DNA from: Orbicella franksi
Taxonomy: Eukaryota
Assembly (NCBI GenBank): GCA_964199315.1
Contig: OZ116699.1
Location: forward strand, 22,878,001 to 22,942,000
Length of the DNA stretch: 64,000 nucleotides
Reading direction: 5' to 3'
The notes beneath the pieces were generated by a model. The model ran no database searches and was not told the origin of the DNA. It saw only the letters and a list, made by a program, of their open reading frames with translations. The translations under genes were made by a program, and so were the position numbers. Below are positions 24,501 to 38,400 of this stretch, one piece after another (position 1 is the stretch's first letter; every line of letters begins with the position of its first letter).

Positions 24501-27500
24501 AATTTAAAGCTCACTACCATTTTTTGAGAACTAGCGCAGAACACAACCGTTATAAAATATATCAGGATACATTATACCGTGAAAGCACCTTGTCTAAGAC
24601 GTTACATAAGGTAACAAACGTGTCTCGTCCGATCACCAGAGTTAAGACCTGTTCGGTATCCCTGGAGTTTGCTCTGTTCGTTCAATAGCTCAGCTGTTCA
24701 ATTCATACATAGGCGGACTTGTTCCGCCCGCAACAGACTACTTTTCCACTTTATTAAACTGCGAGATGAGTTGGTGAAATGGATTGGGTTAATGCTTCGC
24801 AATTCATAGATCCGTTCCGGAGTTAGTGTAAAGTCTTTTCTTCTTTTCATCGACGCATTTGTTATATCATTTCGCCATGTTCATGTCTATTTACAGTACC
24901 GTAGCAAAATTAGGGTATGTGTACATGTGAAAAGGTCGTACTGGTGCGAATTTTAAACCAATATGACCGCGTGATTTCATGCCGAGTATACACGAAGGGA
25001 CCGTTTTTGATCATTCCAAGTCCTACTGGCTCACATGACGCTCTTTCGTATGACGAAAATGTGCAACCTTTTTCAGTCTACGAGGAAACCAATTTCCTAC
25101 CGAAATGAGTGGTCGCTCATACTTTACATTGCTCGCATGATAGCGGAACTAAAATCTCGGTACGAAAGTCATCCGGAAATCGAGTGGCGACACCTTAACG
25201 TAATAAGGTCACCATACTGATTCGCGGGTCAAAATCAGCTGGTTTTATAGCGTTCGGTGGCAAATGAAGAAAAATATGAAAGTTGTATTTTTTCCGACTT
25301 AACGTTTCCAACAAAATGGAACTCATATATATCTATGAGAAATGTTTGACGCTGAAAACCAAGACCAACATCTGCTGACGTGCCAGTCAGTCATCGTTTA
25401 CTGTTTGGCCGCTCTCGTCATTCGCTGTTATAAACGTCGCTCAATTCCGTCTAAATTGAACGCATCTTCTTGAATTTTGGTTTCCAGCAAACGAGAATGT
25501 CCCCTACGTAATTCTTGCCACTATAAACTATAAACAAATGTAAGGATTAGGCACTTCAGTTTCCTACAAATAAGCGCCCATAAAAGAAGTTCTGTTTGCG
25601 CAACGCTGTAAGAAACCTAGGCTGGGCCTCGTACTGAACACCTTTCGTCTATGGTTATGAATTGCGCATTGAGTAAACTGAGTCGCAACTGGGAAATGCA
25701 TCAAAAACAACAACAAACGAACAAACAAACAAAAACAAAGAACAAACAAACAACAGGGTGTGTTCGTAATTCTCGATTTAAATACGATCCATGCCTTGCA
25801 CTTTTAAAAACACATATCTCTATAACATTCTATGTGCGATTTCTGATGGGTAAGTGCGTTGAGATTTTTAACACCCAAAATAACTCAGTTTTACAGTTAC
25901 AAATTTACGTATTTTTTATGTCCCAAATTGTACATTTAAATAATACATGCCACATCACTCCTTATATAAGTCTACTTTGCTAACGCTGAAATATAAAGAA
26001 ATGAAACCAACATACATTTATACACCCTCTATCAGTTTGGTCATAGCCATTATCAAATCGAAATTCGTGCTTTCTATCCACGGTTATCACGAGCTACCTC
26101 AGTCTGTTTCTAGATACAATAATTGAGGAATCAACTGCTATATTTTCTATAATCAAAACGTAAGCAGGAAACGCAGATATCTGCAGCCAAAATCAACAAT
26201 CTTCTTATTTACAGAAAATGATTAGTTCACAGTATCGCTGACCTAAAAGATTATCCTGAGTGAAAAAAAAACAAAAAGCAAATGCAAGAATAGAAGTGTT
26301 TGCAAATTCACCGGACGCCGGCGGTTTTTGCGCCGTGTTCATTGGCAGAAGTAGGAATCATTCACCGAGTAACTCAAAATCGATCTTAGACCTCGAAACT
26401 CGAAATTCAAACTTAATTAGCAGAAAATTTCAAAATGTGACATTTTAGAAGTGTTCCGGCCCAATTAAACCCTTTGGGATTAGTTTAAAAAAGCCGTTTC
26501 CTTTCTATTGGAAATGTAAACAGCAAAGTGCCGATATTGAACACATCTTACTTTTCGACCAATCCTTTTGCCGAGCAATCGAGAATATATTTCCTTTTAA
26601 AGCTTGTCATCAAGAGATGAGCTATCAGTCATTTATTTAAAGCTTTGTTTATACACTTGGCGGTGCCATCAAATTGGGGAAATTCGTTTTTGCCCGATTG
26701 TTTTCCGTCCACCTACGATCATCCGGTCACTTTCTATACATAGCTCAGAAAATGAGGAGAGAATATCAGCCCTGATCTAGTGTTTGGCTGCTGTCACTTT
26801 CTTATCAGCTCAAAATTTGGAAAATACGATACGGTCTATTTTGTTCAGGTTTATTTCGTATCTTGTTCGTTTGCTTTGTTAATGAACCATTCACCGTGGG
26901 AGGGAATAAATTTGCAACGTGTTAGATAATAGGCCGACGCTCAGTGATGACGGCTGCGTTTCACTTTGTGGACTCACTGCTGTTAAGAAGAGTGAAAATG
27001 CCACTGTATTGTTTATACTGCAAGCCGGAGGCGGTCTTAAATAGACAGTGTGATGATCAGAAAGTGGCGACAACATCAATTACAAATAAAACGATGCTTG
27101 AGAATACGTATGATCGTTTAAGTAAAATCGCTGAAAAAAATTACCTTGCTGTTAAATTCGCGCTAATAATCTTGTATTCTTCGTCAATTTTCAAACGTTT
27201 TGACAATTTCAAGAAAATTTTTTTCCAATCAATGGGAAATTTTATCTCTTGTATACTTCCTTATTGCAGGTGTCCAGCTTATGCAAAAAGGGTGATTTGT
27301 CTATCAGCCCAAAAACGCAATGATCGTAGTTTTGAAAAGAAATAAACCTTACAAATAATGCACTTATCACTTTTCATCGAACAGAAATTGACTTCTTACT
27401 TGAGCGCAATTCTCAACGCGCTGTTTGTTCGCAATGTTGTTAAAAAAAAGTCGTTCTACGGTGCCTATATAATAATACACTTGGATACTGTTGCCTTCCA

Positions 27501-28389
27501 TTCGAAATGTTACTAATGCGGCTATTTGTCTACTTCAATGTAAATCGACGGTTAATGTTATGTTTAGCTCCATAAACAATTCTGGCCAAAGAACCTCTTA
27601 ACCTACCTTGAGCTATTGAACTGCCAAGTCTTTTCTCAGTGCTTTCTCAGGACCACACTGTTGTGTTAATTTAATTTTAACAGGTTACTTGTTAAAGATT
27701 GCTCTCTACGCATGGTCTTTTCATTTGCATAACAATCAGTTGAACATGGAAGCGAGGCAACTTTGAGACAAGCTGTAAAGCTGTCGAAGTTTGTTAGAGT
27801 TCCTTGTTCGGTTAACATGTAGCATGTATAAACATTATAAACTAATTACAGGTTATTAAGAAACCACAAAAAAATAATAATTAACCAAGTCTCAGACTAG
27901 AGGGATTGCGACAAAGTTAAACTATTTGCTTGCTAAATCCGTTTTGACATCAAGCTAAATACAATAAAGGCTGCAAACTTTTCGTCATTTAAAACAAATT
28001 ACATTTTGAGCCAGACAAACGCAAATTATTTCCTCAAGTTGTTTACTTCTACTCACATGGCCTCAACGGTGCTCTTACGGAACCAGGGAAGTCCTTTTTC
28101 GTATGCCATGTTTTATGAGATTTCCTCGAGTTGTATATCTTTCAGACTTTACTGAATTTTTTAGTGACTGCGGAATGTTCCAGAGAGTGTGCGTGTGCCC
28201 ATCACTTCATGTAATTTTTTAAAATTAATTTTCATCTCTTTTGTAAGGTATCTTTTTACTTCAGTTTTGTTATTGTTTCACTCATTTGTCGACAATACAA
28301 TGGCTTCAAGATTACGGAATATTTCCAAAAAAATAGTCTAGTCGAGGATTGGTAATTTAAGTTGTATCATTTCTTCCGTGCAGTCGTAA

Positions 28390-28470
28390 TTTCGTTCGTT
28401 CGTCTCCGTTCATTCGTTCTATCGTCCGTTCTACCGTTCGTTCCTTAGTTCCTTCGTCCCTGCGTTCCTG
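28390..28470. repeat. Degenerate tetranucleotide (TTCG/TCCG-type) repeat running into the gap
   Basis: TTCGTTCGTTCGTCTCCGTTCATTCGTTCTATCGTCCGTTCTACCGTTCGTTCC... directly adjoins the N run. Confidence 0.8.
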
Positions 28471-28713
28471 NNNNNNNNNNNNNNNNNNNNNNNNNNNNNN
28501 NNNNNNNNNNNNNNNNNNNNNNNNNNNNNNNNNNNNNNNNNNNNNNNNNNNNNNNNNNNNNNNNNNNNNNNNNNNNNNNNNNNNNNNNNNNNNNNNNNNN
28601 NNNNNNNNNNNNNNNNNNNNNNNNNNNNNNNNNNNNNNNNNNNNNNNNNNNNNNNNNNNNNNNNNNNNNNNNNNNNNNNNNNNNNNNNNNNNNNNNNNNN
28701 NNNNNNNNNNNNN
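28471..28713. other. Assembly gap (243 N)
   Basis: Continuous run of N. Confidence 1.
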
Positions 28714-29974
28714 TGAACCCCTGGCTTCACTAACTTTGAACTTGTTCATAGTTAAAACGAAAGAGAAAAACGCAACCAAACATGGATTATATACTTCATT
28801 TAAAATATGCTCTTGCTTTCTCCCTTTGATTCATCGAAATTCCCCGAATAATTTAGCGCCATCATTGTCAAAGGAAATGAATTTGCAAGCAATTTATTTA
28901 TCGGTCAGTGAATAACACCAAAAAGATACATGGAAACAACGACAAAAGGCTGCAAAATGTAGACTGGACAGTATTATAAAGAAAACTTTCTCAAACTACA
29001 ATGTTCCACAAACGCCAATAATGTTTGGACCTCGGAAACTGCCACTCTGATAAACTAAAATACTGAATTCGGCTTTATTTCGTATCAGTGATGTCAAACG
29101 TTATACAGAACCGTCACTACGATACTTGATATCACTATATTTTTTCTCGTGTGCTGAATTAGATCAGGGTTGATTTATTATAAATAATGAAACCAACAAT
29201 GAAAATAAACTGCGTTAAAAGTCGAAGGAAAAAAAAACACTGAAAAAACAAAATACTTCCGTCACAAAAGATAGAACTTTAACACCAGTCAGTGGTTACG
29301 AATGCGCCTGCATTAAGAACAATACTATCTGCATTATACCATCACATTATATAAGCTGTTTGTTTTAAAGGCAAGGCACGTGTATTTCATGCATACAATG
29401 GGCCAAAAAAACATGTGGCTAGTAGACAGTAGAAATAAGATGTCATTTACCAATTAAAGCCTAAGGCATGCCATTTTTTTTTTCTTTTTCTTTAATGTTC
29501 CTATAAAACGTTCCATTTCAATCCATGCCTATCGCATTTCTAATTTTGGTAGAGATTGCCATTTCGATTGCATCGAAGAAAAAATAATGTTTCAACTGCA
29601 GCTCTTTTTTAGGACAGCCTTTCGCACTAACTCAAATTAAAAACGTTCAATTCAAATGGATGCCAAATCAAACAAAAACGAGAATGTGTCAGCTGTGGAA
29701 ACTATGATTCGTCGATGTCCACTTTACATCGAAGAGCACGTCTTCTTTTGTACACAAAGCAAATCTAATATTATTGTTTTTTAAACAGAACGACGGGGAC
29801 TGGCTGGACTGTTCGCACTTGGCACTTGGAAAGGATAAATATTTAAACAGTTGATTTCTTCAACGCTTCCTTTCACCTTCACGTACACAATCCTACCAAT
29901 CAAACGAAAGGTAAGCTGAGAGTGATAATAATTAATTTCAATTTGGGGTCGGTGTTGAAAGGAAAGCCGGGGAA

Positions 29975-32556
29975 ATGGACACCCAGAAAATTTTGAAGCA
30001 ATCATTCTTAGCGGTTCTTTACATCTTAACTTTGGTAGGTAATCCTTCAATCCATGGTGACATGTTTTAAAATAGCAGAGAAAGGGACAAATTTCTCCTT
30101 ACTTAAGAAGTGAATTTTTTTGTATAGGTTACCGTTGGCTTTGGTGAGGTGAAATTTCATACAGGTAGGTTTATTAAGGGGTATTTTACAAAAATCTAAC
30201 GGATTCAATTAGGTCCTAGCTAGCTTCATTTATAGCTCTGAAATTAGACGTTTATGGCAGCCTAGAATATTGTAATCTTAACAGGCTTTGGTTCAATGCT
30301 GAGATTAACCTTGTGGCATAGGACATAACGTTTATGCAGCAAAAATTGAAATCTGTAAATCACTGCAAGGCCCTTTCCGTATCTTATAAATAACCTTTTT
30401 TCTTTGAATGTGTTGCATATAAAATAGCTTTTGATCATCATTTCCTTCGTCGGAGGGCTTTTGTAATCTCAATTAATTTTACTGTTTTCATAATTTGACA
30501 GAGGCCATCTTGGTAACCTAATTATTTCAAGGTACTGAATAACAGAAATATAATGAAAATTAATTACGCTGAACACGCCTTACTTCACTTTTAATTAAAG
30601 CGTTCGTACACATTGAACTTGGGTGTATGTTACCCCTTTTCGATGCATGTGTCTTTGCCAAAACTGTGCATGATTTAAGGAGATAACGATCGATACAACC
30701 AGGAAGTAAACCGGGGTCTGTTTGGGAAGGGACGATGCAATAATCCTATCTTGCACTGATACGACATCGCTGACCAGATTCAGCATATCTTAGCAACAGG
30801 TTCTTCGATAGACAAAAAGCAGTCTTTTTTTTTTCGCTTGTCGCAATTCTGCAGTCTCTCAGAGATCGCATTTTTACCTCCAAAAAAGCATCATGCCTAT
30901 TCTTTCCTGGAACACTAACCATAGCTTGACATACTATCGATCGAGTCGCAACTGAGAGGCGAACTGATCAGGTGTAAGAATTTCGCATTTATCAGGGTGC
31001 TTTTATTATCAGGTACCCATTTGTTTTATTACATTTCATATTGCCTTGCAATGGAAAACCAAAAGCCATGTATGCACTGTGAGATTCAGTGTTCACGACA
31101 GTTAGGTGCGAGAGGAGCATTTCCAAAAGTATAGATTGGATCATGTAGTACTTCCTGCTACATCGAATGGATTTCCTAGACCAGATAAGTTATTTTTCAC
31201 AACTGCTTTTTCAAAAAAGCTGGAAACGTTGGGCTTCTATTGAAAAATAGAACATACACATAAAGATACGCGCGTTTGAACCACACACAAAATGAAAATG
31301 TACCTATTTGATTTTCGTAAAACTTTTTGTTGGTTTGACACTCAGTAGCAGCGTCGGGTTTCCCTATTGACTACTTTAGAAGTGTCAGTCTCGGGAACCA
31401 GTGAAGTTGTCGACAAATAAGAAGAATCACAACAGCTTTTCCAACAGCTTATTTTTTTTTCTTAGGAAAAAGCTAGAAGGGGACAAAAGCGGACGAGAAA
31501 CTGCGCGGGGCGATAGTGCAACTTGCACCCTCACTTTTTAAATCCCCAATGCTTTTTATTTTGTTCGCGCCCTAGTTTGAAGATAGCAGAGCAAATAGAA
31601 AGTGTGTGAACAGACCAGAATTACAATTCTTGTTTCCAATCAAAAACCCGCCGGAAGGATGTCACTTCACATTGTCGCCATCTGAAAACGTACCCTATAT
31701 AATTAAAATCACTGGTTCATACAGTTGAAACTCAGAGAACGATTTCCCTTGAAAAGACTCGTTTTCTTTTTTTTCTAGAAATGAGAGTCCTAATCTTGGG
31801 TGGGAATGTTTTTTGAAGACCGACGCAGATTGTCGATGTTTAAATCCATTGACAACCGCTCTTTGCAAGGTTGACGACAAAACAACCGGTATACATTTTT
31901 TGTTGGTCGATGATGTTATTTCCATCCATTATTGGACGCTCTGTTGACTTGCAATGAACAGAACTGCACCACAGGATAGCAAATCATAAAAGGCTCTGTC
32001 CGGTAGTAAAAGTGGTTATAGCTGTGATGCATATTTTAATGCAAAGAAGAGAAAGCCCTTAGCATTAAACCCATCGGTTGGCTTTTGTTCTTCGCCCCAC
32101 ATTTTTAGGTTCAGTGTACAATGTGCCATTTTCGTAAATCGTTTTTCCCAAACATAGCTGTCCAAGATGATGTGCTGTACAACTTCTACAACAAAAACAT
32201 CACTACTTGGACTGACAGTGAAAAACAATGCAGAAAAGATGGAGGACGACTCGTTACCTTGGCAACCGAAAGAAAATGGAAGTTCATTACGGACGAAATT
32301 CAAAACCTTTCCAATTCAGCAGATAACGAGTGGTTCATCGGCTTGAAAACAGGATACAGTCAAAGAGAAAATTGGCAGTGGATCACTGGACAACAGTTGA
32401 CCAACCCACACTGGCAATATCACGAACCGTCAGGGGATGGGCAATGTGCGGTTATTGCTAAGGAGTACCCCAAAGGAACATACGGGAAATATAATGACTT
32501 GAGCTGCTTGGCTTCCAAAGCATTCATTTGCGAATTCGAAGTTAACACAACCACAG
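29975..32556 (+). CDS. Signal peptide + C-type lectin domain unit; model join(29975..30034,30128..30164,32158..32556); 3' continuation ambiguous
   Basis: Exons with GT-AG boundaries and matching phases (0, 1, ending in phase 1) give MDTQKILKQSFLAVLYILTLVTVGFGEVKFHTAVQDDVLYNFYNKNITTWTDSEKQC...WFIGL...WQYHEPSGDGQCAVI...GKYNDLSCLASKAFICEFEVNTTT. It has the four canonical CTLD cysteines, a WIGL-like motif, EPS and YND. An upstream acceptor ends at 29788. A candidate terminal exon 32704..32741 (GKLKTSLEKNFT*) would give a 177 aa secreted lectin. Confidence 0.85.
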
Positions 32557-33928
32557 GTAACAGCATTATATTAAAATGGCACGGTTAAATTTGTGACTGG
32601 GGGAATTTTTATCCCTGGGAAAGGTGTAACAAGTTAAGTATAACACATTTCCCCAGCATCTCCAAATTTCACGATCGAATTCAACTAATACTATTAGTTT
32701 CAGGAAAGTTGAAAACATCTCTGGAGAAAAATTTCACATAAGCGTTCAAGGATGCAAGATTGAATGAGTGAATTGGCATCGCTAATCGTATGGTTACACT
32801 TGAAAATTCTCTTAAAATTGCACTAGGCTTTAGGAAAGTGCAATTTGAAAGAATTTTCAAATATCACAAGTAGTGTAAATCCTTAATTGCTTGAGCTTTC
32901 ATACGATTCTTCATTTATTATATGACTGAGAAAATTACGAACGCGTACGCGATAATTCGCGCTGCAGTGCAAATTTAAAATTAAAGATTAATTGACCTGC
33001 TCTCAGCCAATCACAATGGACTAGATTTCGCAATCATATAAAATTAGACAAGACAATCGAATTTCGTCCGTTAAATGTGTGCCTGAGTTTGTAAAAGAAG
33101 ATTGTTGTGATTCGAATTCAATTTTGGCACTATTAAAAATGCTAGTGTGAATTTAACCTTTCGCACTCCAAAACAAACATTGTGTGAACTAATATGGAAA
33201 TTACAACTTTTTGTATGAAACCATAGGGTGAAACCTTTAAAATGAAAAACAATTTACTGTTTATTGTTCGTCGTTCGCAGTCTTTCTTATTCTTTCCTGA
33301 TATTGCATCGATAAAATGAAATAACTCCTGTAAAGAGTAATCGTGTTTATTGTTCTAGAACGTCTTCTCGAATTATTTCCATCCTCGTACCCAGAGTCTT
33401 CGCTCCCCTTGACCAGCGATCGTGAAACAACTGAAACAAGAAAGGCCCGATTTGAAGTCCGAAAATATCGGACTTCCAGTTGAATTGCACATGTTTAGCT
33501 GACAGACGCGTGGCTCAATCGATACGCTGGTGTTTTACTTCCGCTCATTTCCGTTGTTTTCAAAACCAATCAAAATCGAGCCTGTAGCAGAACTTTCGAG
33601 AGTCGCTCGTTTCGTAAAGCTTGCGCTGTAAGGAACGAAGACGCGAGGAACGAGATTGGAATTATTTCTATACCAGCATGCTCGTTATCGTGCGAGAGTA
33701 CATGATCTTGCCTTAATCATCGTAACGCTTTGCTACTCATTGCTTAACTCAGAGAAACTTCAAGAAAAATGCCAAACGTCCTGTGATTTTTACTTAGAGG
33801 ACTACTCGGATACCGAGAAATGAAATAATGTGTTAATGTCTTACACACTGGAACGCGCTCTCCAGTCACGCAAATCTGTTTAATTGAACCAAGAGGCAGA
33901 GTTCTTTTCGAGCATTTTGGTCGTTATT

Positions 33929-33960
<32 letters not shown>

Positions 33961-35499
33961 CTGGTCTTAGCATGAACTGCGTAATTATTTGGCCGTTGAA
34001 GAGAAGAAAAGGAACGTGATCCGTTTTGAAATGGTCACCACATAGATAACAACCGTATTACATTGTGAGATAATGGTTTGACTTTCGTGCACTTAAATTG
34101 CTTTACCATTACATGAAAAAAAAATTACGTTCAATTGTGTTACGGAGCTATGAATAATCATATGAATAATCGACTGCCCACTACAAATCGTGACTTGCTA
34201 TCGCAATTCACGTGTTAAAAACGAAATGAACAAACGGAACAAGAATAATTCTCATCGGATAACTTTTGTGCCATAGCCACAATACATACATGGGCTGTTA
34301 TAAAAACAATACCAAGAAATGCATTACTCTAATACTTAGAATGAAAGTTGTAACAGCTTTTGCTTCAAAGGACATTGGCAATAACTTGCATTAACCACTT
34401 AAGGAAATCGATTTTAATTTGGTTGTAGATTTTAGATAACTTTGAAAAGAAAAAGAAGAAAGGCAAGAACATGACCAACCCATGAGTATTGATCTTTCAA
34501 AGTATTTGTTGTATCCATCAAGCGAGGTGATAAACGGTGTCTTAGTGTAACTCTGGCTCGTGCACGACTAATGAAGTAAACAGTCGCGGCTACAAAAGAG
34601 TTTTTTTTTTTTTTTCCTGCGTATTTCTTAATACCGTATCAAATATCTGATATATCTGACAATAGACGTTCACGGATGTCGAAATCTTTCATCAAACCTC
34701 AAGAACCAGTGATTAGAGGATGGATATTTATCGCCGTTGTCAGCGAGTAAACACAATAATTTAACAAGGTGACGTTCTGCGCTCTTAATTTCCGAGTTAC
34801 ATTTTAGTACTTAATTTTGTTTCCATTCTCTTTATCCAAGGTTGTTGACCTCAGTAATTGCATTCCATGCCTGAAATTTACCTTTAATTTTCTTTACACC
34901 ACTAGATAATTTTAAGCGACCACTATGACGCAATACTTAAAGGGCAAAATAAGAGATCTTTTGTCCAACATCTCCGTCATTCAATATCAACAGATACGAG
35001 TCAAATCAGCTTTATCTATTTTTTCTATAGCTTCACTAGTGATATCGCGCCCAAATACGATAAGGATGACGTTCTGCACACCAAAGATCGTATATAATCC
35101 ATTATTGGTTCCACAGGAGAGTTCACTAAAGATTTACGTTCAACTCTTTAATAGTCGGAGAAGTTAAAGACTTTTATAGCATCGTAGTTTAGAAGAAACA
35201 AATCAACACACAACAAGAGAGCCGTAACAGACAGTTCATTAGCACAATACTGGCTCCGTTGATGAAAAACTAACACCTTGTCACATCTTTTAAAGCCGAT
35301 TGGCTGATTGGTAGATTGACACACACTTAGTACAAATATCTAGCAGATTGACGAGCAGATGGTAGCGAGAAGCAAGGAAGAACGAAGACTGCCTATCGAA
35401 AAAAAAAAAACCCTTCATACACGTACGCATCGTGTAGCAGTAACGAACAAAAAGATTGTGTTTAACCTCAGATGAAACCTAGCAGCTCCAAGCGGGAAC

Positions 35500-38400
35500 A
35501 TGAGAAGTCCCCGTCTCGCAGTGTTCATTTTAGTGTTACAGGTCGGTAGATTATACATAAAGGGACGATAAAAGTTGAACCAAGAAAATATTTGATCTCA
35601 TGAAACCCAGTTGATTTTTTTTTGTATTTTTTTTGTAATTTCTAATAGGAGATTTTGTCCTTCTCCTTCTCCTTACCAAAAGGTAAGTGCTGTTTCTACG
35701 CAACTCAGCTACGCTGTGTCCTGGCTTCATTTGTTATTTTCCCTACATTACCTTTCCATTGTAAATGTCCTACATTGATCAATCTCTCTTTTTTTGCGTA
35801 CTGTTCGACAATATTGGCATCTTTTTCTATCATGAATTGAGTTCAAAGGCCCCTGACGGAGATAACACAGTGAAAAAATGAGAAGAAAGCGATAAATGCA
35901 AAACTATGGAAATTTACAAAATGCTGTAATTTGAGAGCTAAAAAAATAATTTGAAAATGCTGTAATTTGAGAGCTAAGAAAATTAACGACAGGTCTGCTC
36001 GATGACAACGATCATGGTAGCAAACGAAAATTTCAGCGAATTGAATATTGCGAGAAGATGAAGGCATTTTCCTGTCGTTCGGTTTTTTAATGTTTTAATG
36101 TTGAAAAATCAACAGTTTGTAATTACTTCGTCAAGACAGCGACAAGTAAAAATGTATTCCCCTTTTGAGAGGTCGTCAGGAATCGTCCGTTTTGCTAGTT
36201 TGTAGACAGACTGGAGAGTTTTTAATTACTTCACTGGAAAAGAAAATTAGAATCGGAAACGAACTACGATAGTGATTTCAATTTCTCCTAAATTGGTAAT
36301 GGCATAAATCTTGTGGATCATTTAAGCTACTCAAAAATCCAAAGCAAATCGCTACATTTACTGAATTCGGTTTAACCAAATTCTGAAACGACCCTCTTTA
36401 TATTAGCTCAGTACCTTGTAATTTTCTTTAAGGGTCAGTTTACCAAAAGAAAAAAATAGAAATAATAGTAAGAAATAATTAAAGAAACGTAACTGATGGT
36501 TCTTCCAATCTTGAAGTTTCAAACGTCATTTAACCGGAATCTTTCAGCATCGCCTGTCGCATAAACGCAAACATGTCAAGTTTAGCGGCGCAGTAATTGG
36601 GATTACACTATTAAAAACTACCTTGGAAATTCAAATTTTGAGATTACCTTGCCCATCCTTACCATATTACTGCGTTTTCAATATTCACGTTAACTTGAGT
36701 CGTAATTTTGCAGCTTTTTTAAAAGAAAAAATTGGTGAGGCCATTTTCTAATCCGAGTAAACAGTTTATTCAGTGTGCATTTTCGCAAAACAGTGGTGGC
36801 AAACTTTAAACTGTTCATAGTTGGCCGCGACTTAAAAATATTTTAAATTATTAAAACAAGCAGCAACGTCTAAATTAATTAATTTTTTTGAGATCATTTC
36901 TTATATTTTTTTCCCTATATTTATAATAATAAAAGGTATTTACTTTTTTACATTCGAAAGCTCGATTTTTAATTAAGAAGATTTCCTCTTTATCCAATCA
37001 TCGCGTTCTATTTTTTGTGAAAAGAGTTAAAATTTATCCTATACCAATACAGTTTACTGGTTAAGATAAGACTTGAAAAGCCAGACATGAAGGATAGCAA
37101 TGATGACCGCTAAAAAATGAAAACAGAATACTTTACATTGCATAGAGGAAAATGATATGTATAAAATGATTGACCATGTTCTAGTTTCTTTTCCTCTTTC
37201 ACGCAACATACATAATACAAATAATATTTCATGTTATAATAGTGGTATTGACTTTTAAAATTCAATTGTTCCAGATTCCTCGATCCCATTATCACATGCT
37301 ACACCAAAGAAAAAGATAAAGATTTTCTCGTGTAACTGGCAACAACTCGACAATATCACGAATTGACGTAAAAAATTACTTGCAGACGCTGTTCCTGTCC
37401 TTCATTGTGCTTGCTCATTTGTTTAAACATTTGTGCGCGGAGATCCTCCCTCAAGTTTTAGCATTGCATCGCCAGTTCTCGGATAACAAACGTTTGGAGG
37501 GGTTTACGGAACTGAGTTCTCCCCCTTTTAATTTTTTCCTTATGCGCAGGTCACTTGATTGTTCAGTGTAAAGCCTCGTTCAACATTACTCAGTTTATTA
37601 AAAACTGTTGCCGCTATATATACAATATGATACGACTCCAAATTAAAGTGAGTCATCCAGTGGATCTTGAAAAATGGGCGAATAGTGGAGATCATTTTTT
37701 TAACATTTCAATGACACATGACTTTTTTTTTTTTTGATGATGATTATAAAAAATGAAAATACAAATGCTTAAGGCCAAGAACAAACGAGTTAAAAGTAAA
37801 AGTATAGCAAGCCGTTGTGGTTCGTTTGCGAAAAACGAAAATGGGAAAAACTTTACGAACGCCGAGACCCGATACAGGGATGATGTTAAAGGAAACTCGA
37901 AAATGACGGTTTGATGTTGTACAAGCAAACAGAAAGCGAGAACTGCTGGTAAAGATTAGTAAGGATTGCAATGTAATCGGGCTATTAAGTATGACGCTCG
38001 CGTATGCAAATCCAGCTCAGTTTGCTTTGAAATTTTTGCAAACTCTTGCTGGAATGTTTTCTAAAACTGGTTGGAGACCCCATCAAGTGTTAAAGCCGTC
38101 TACCAATGGAAAAAAACATTACGATCTTGCTATATCTATCTTGATTACAGCAGAGTCTAATCCATTGTATAGCTTACCCACCCAAGTAACATTACACAAC
38201 CGAACCTCCTTCGGGGGACCAGTGACAGTGTCAAGCCAGGACTGGTCCCGTCCGAGAGGTCTAACCACAGCGGTAGTCGCACTGGGAGGGTTGCGCTGTA
38301 CTTTGAGTATGATACATATCACTGATAAAGCATGTTAACTATGCTCTTTTTTTAAGGAACTGGGAGTGTGTTCAGTGAACAATGGTCAGGTATTAATGGT

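Noticed and set aside
26944-27345. 133 aa ORF
   Set aside because: No recognisable domain or splice context; consistent with chance in AT-rich DNA.
28357-28779. ORFs containing X runs
   Set aside because: Artefacts of the N gap.
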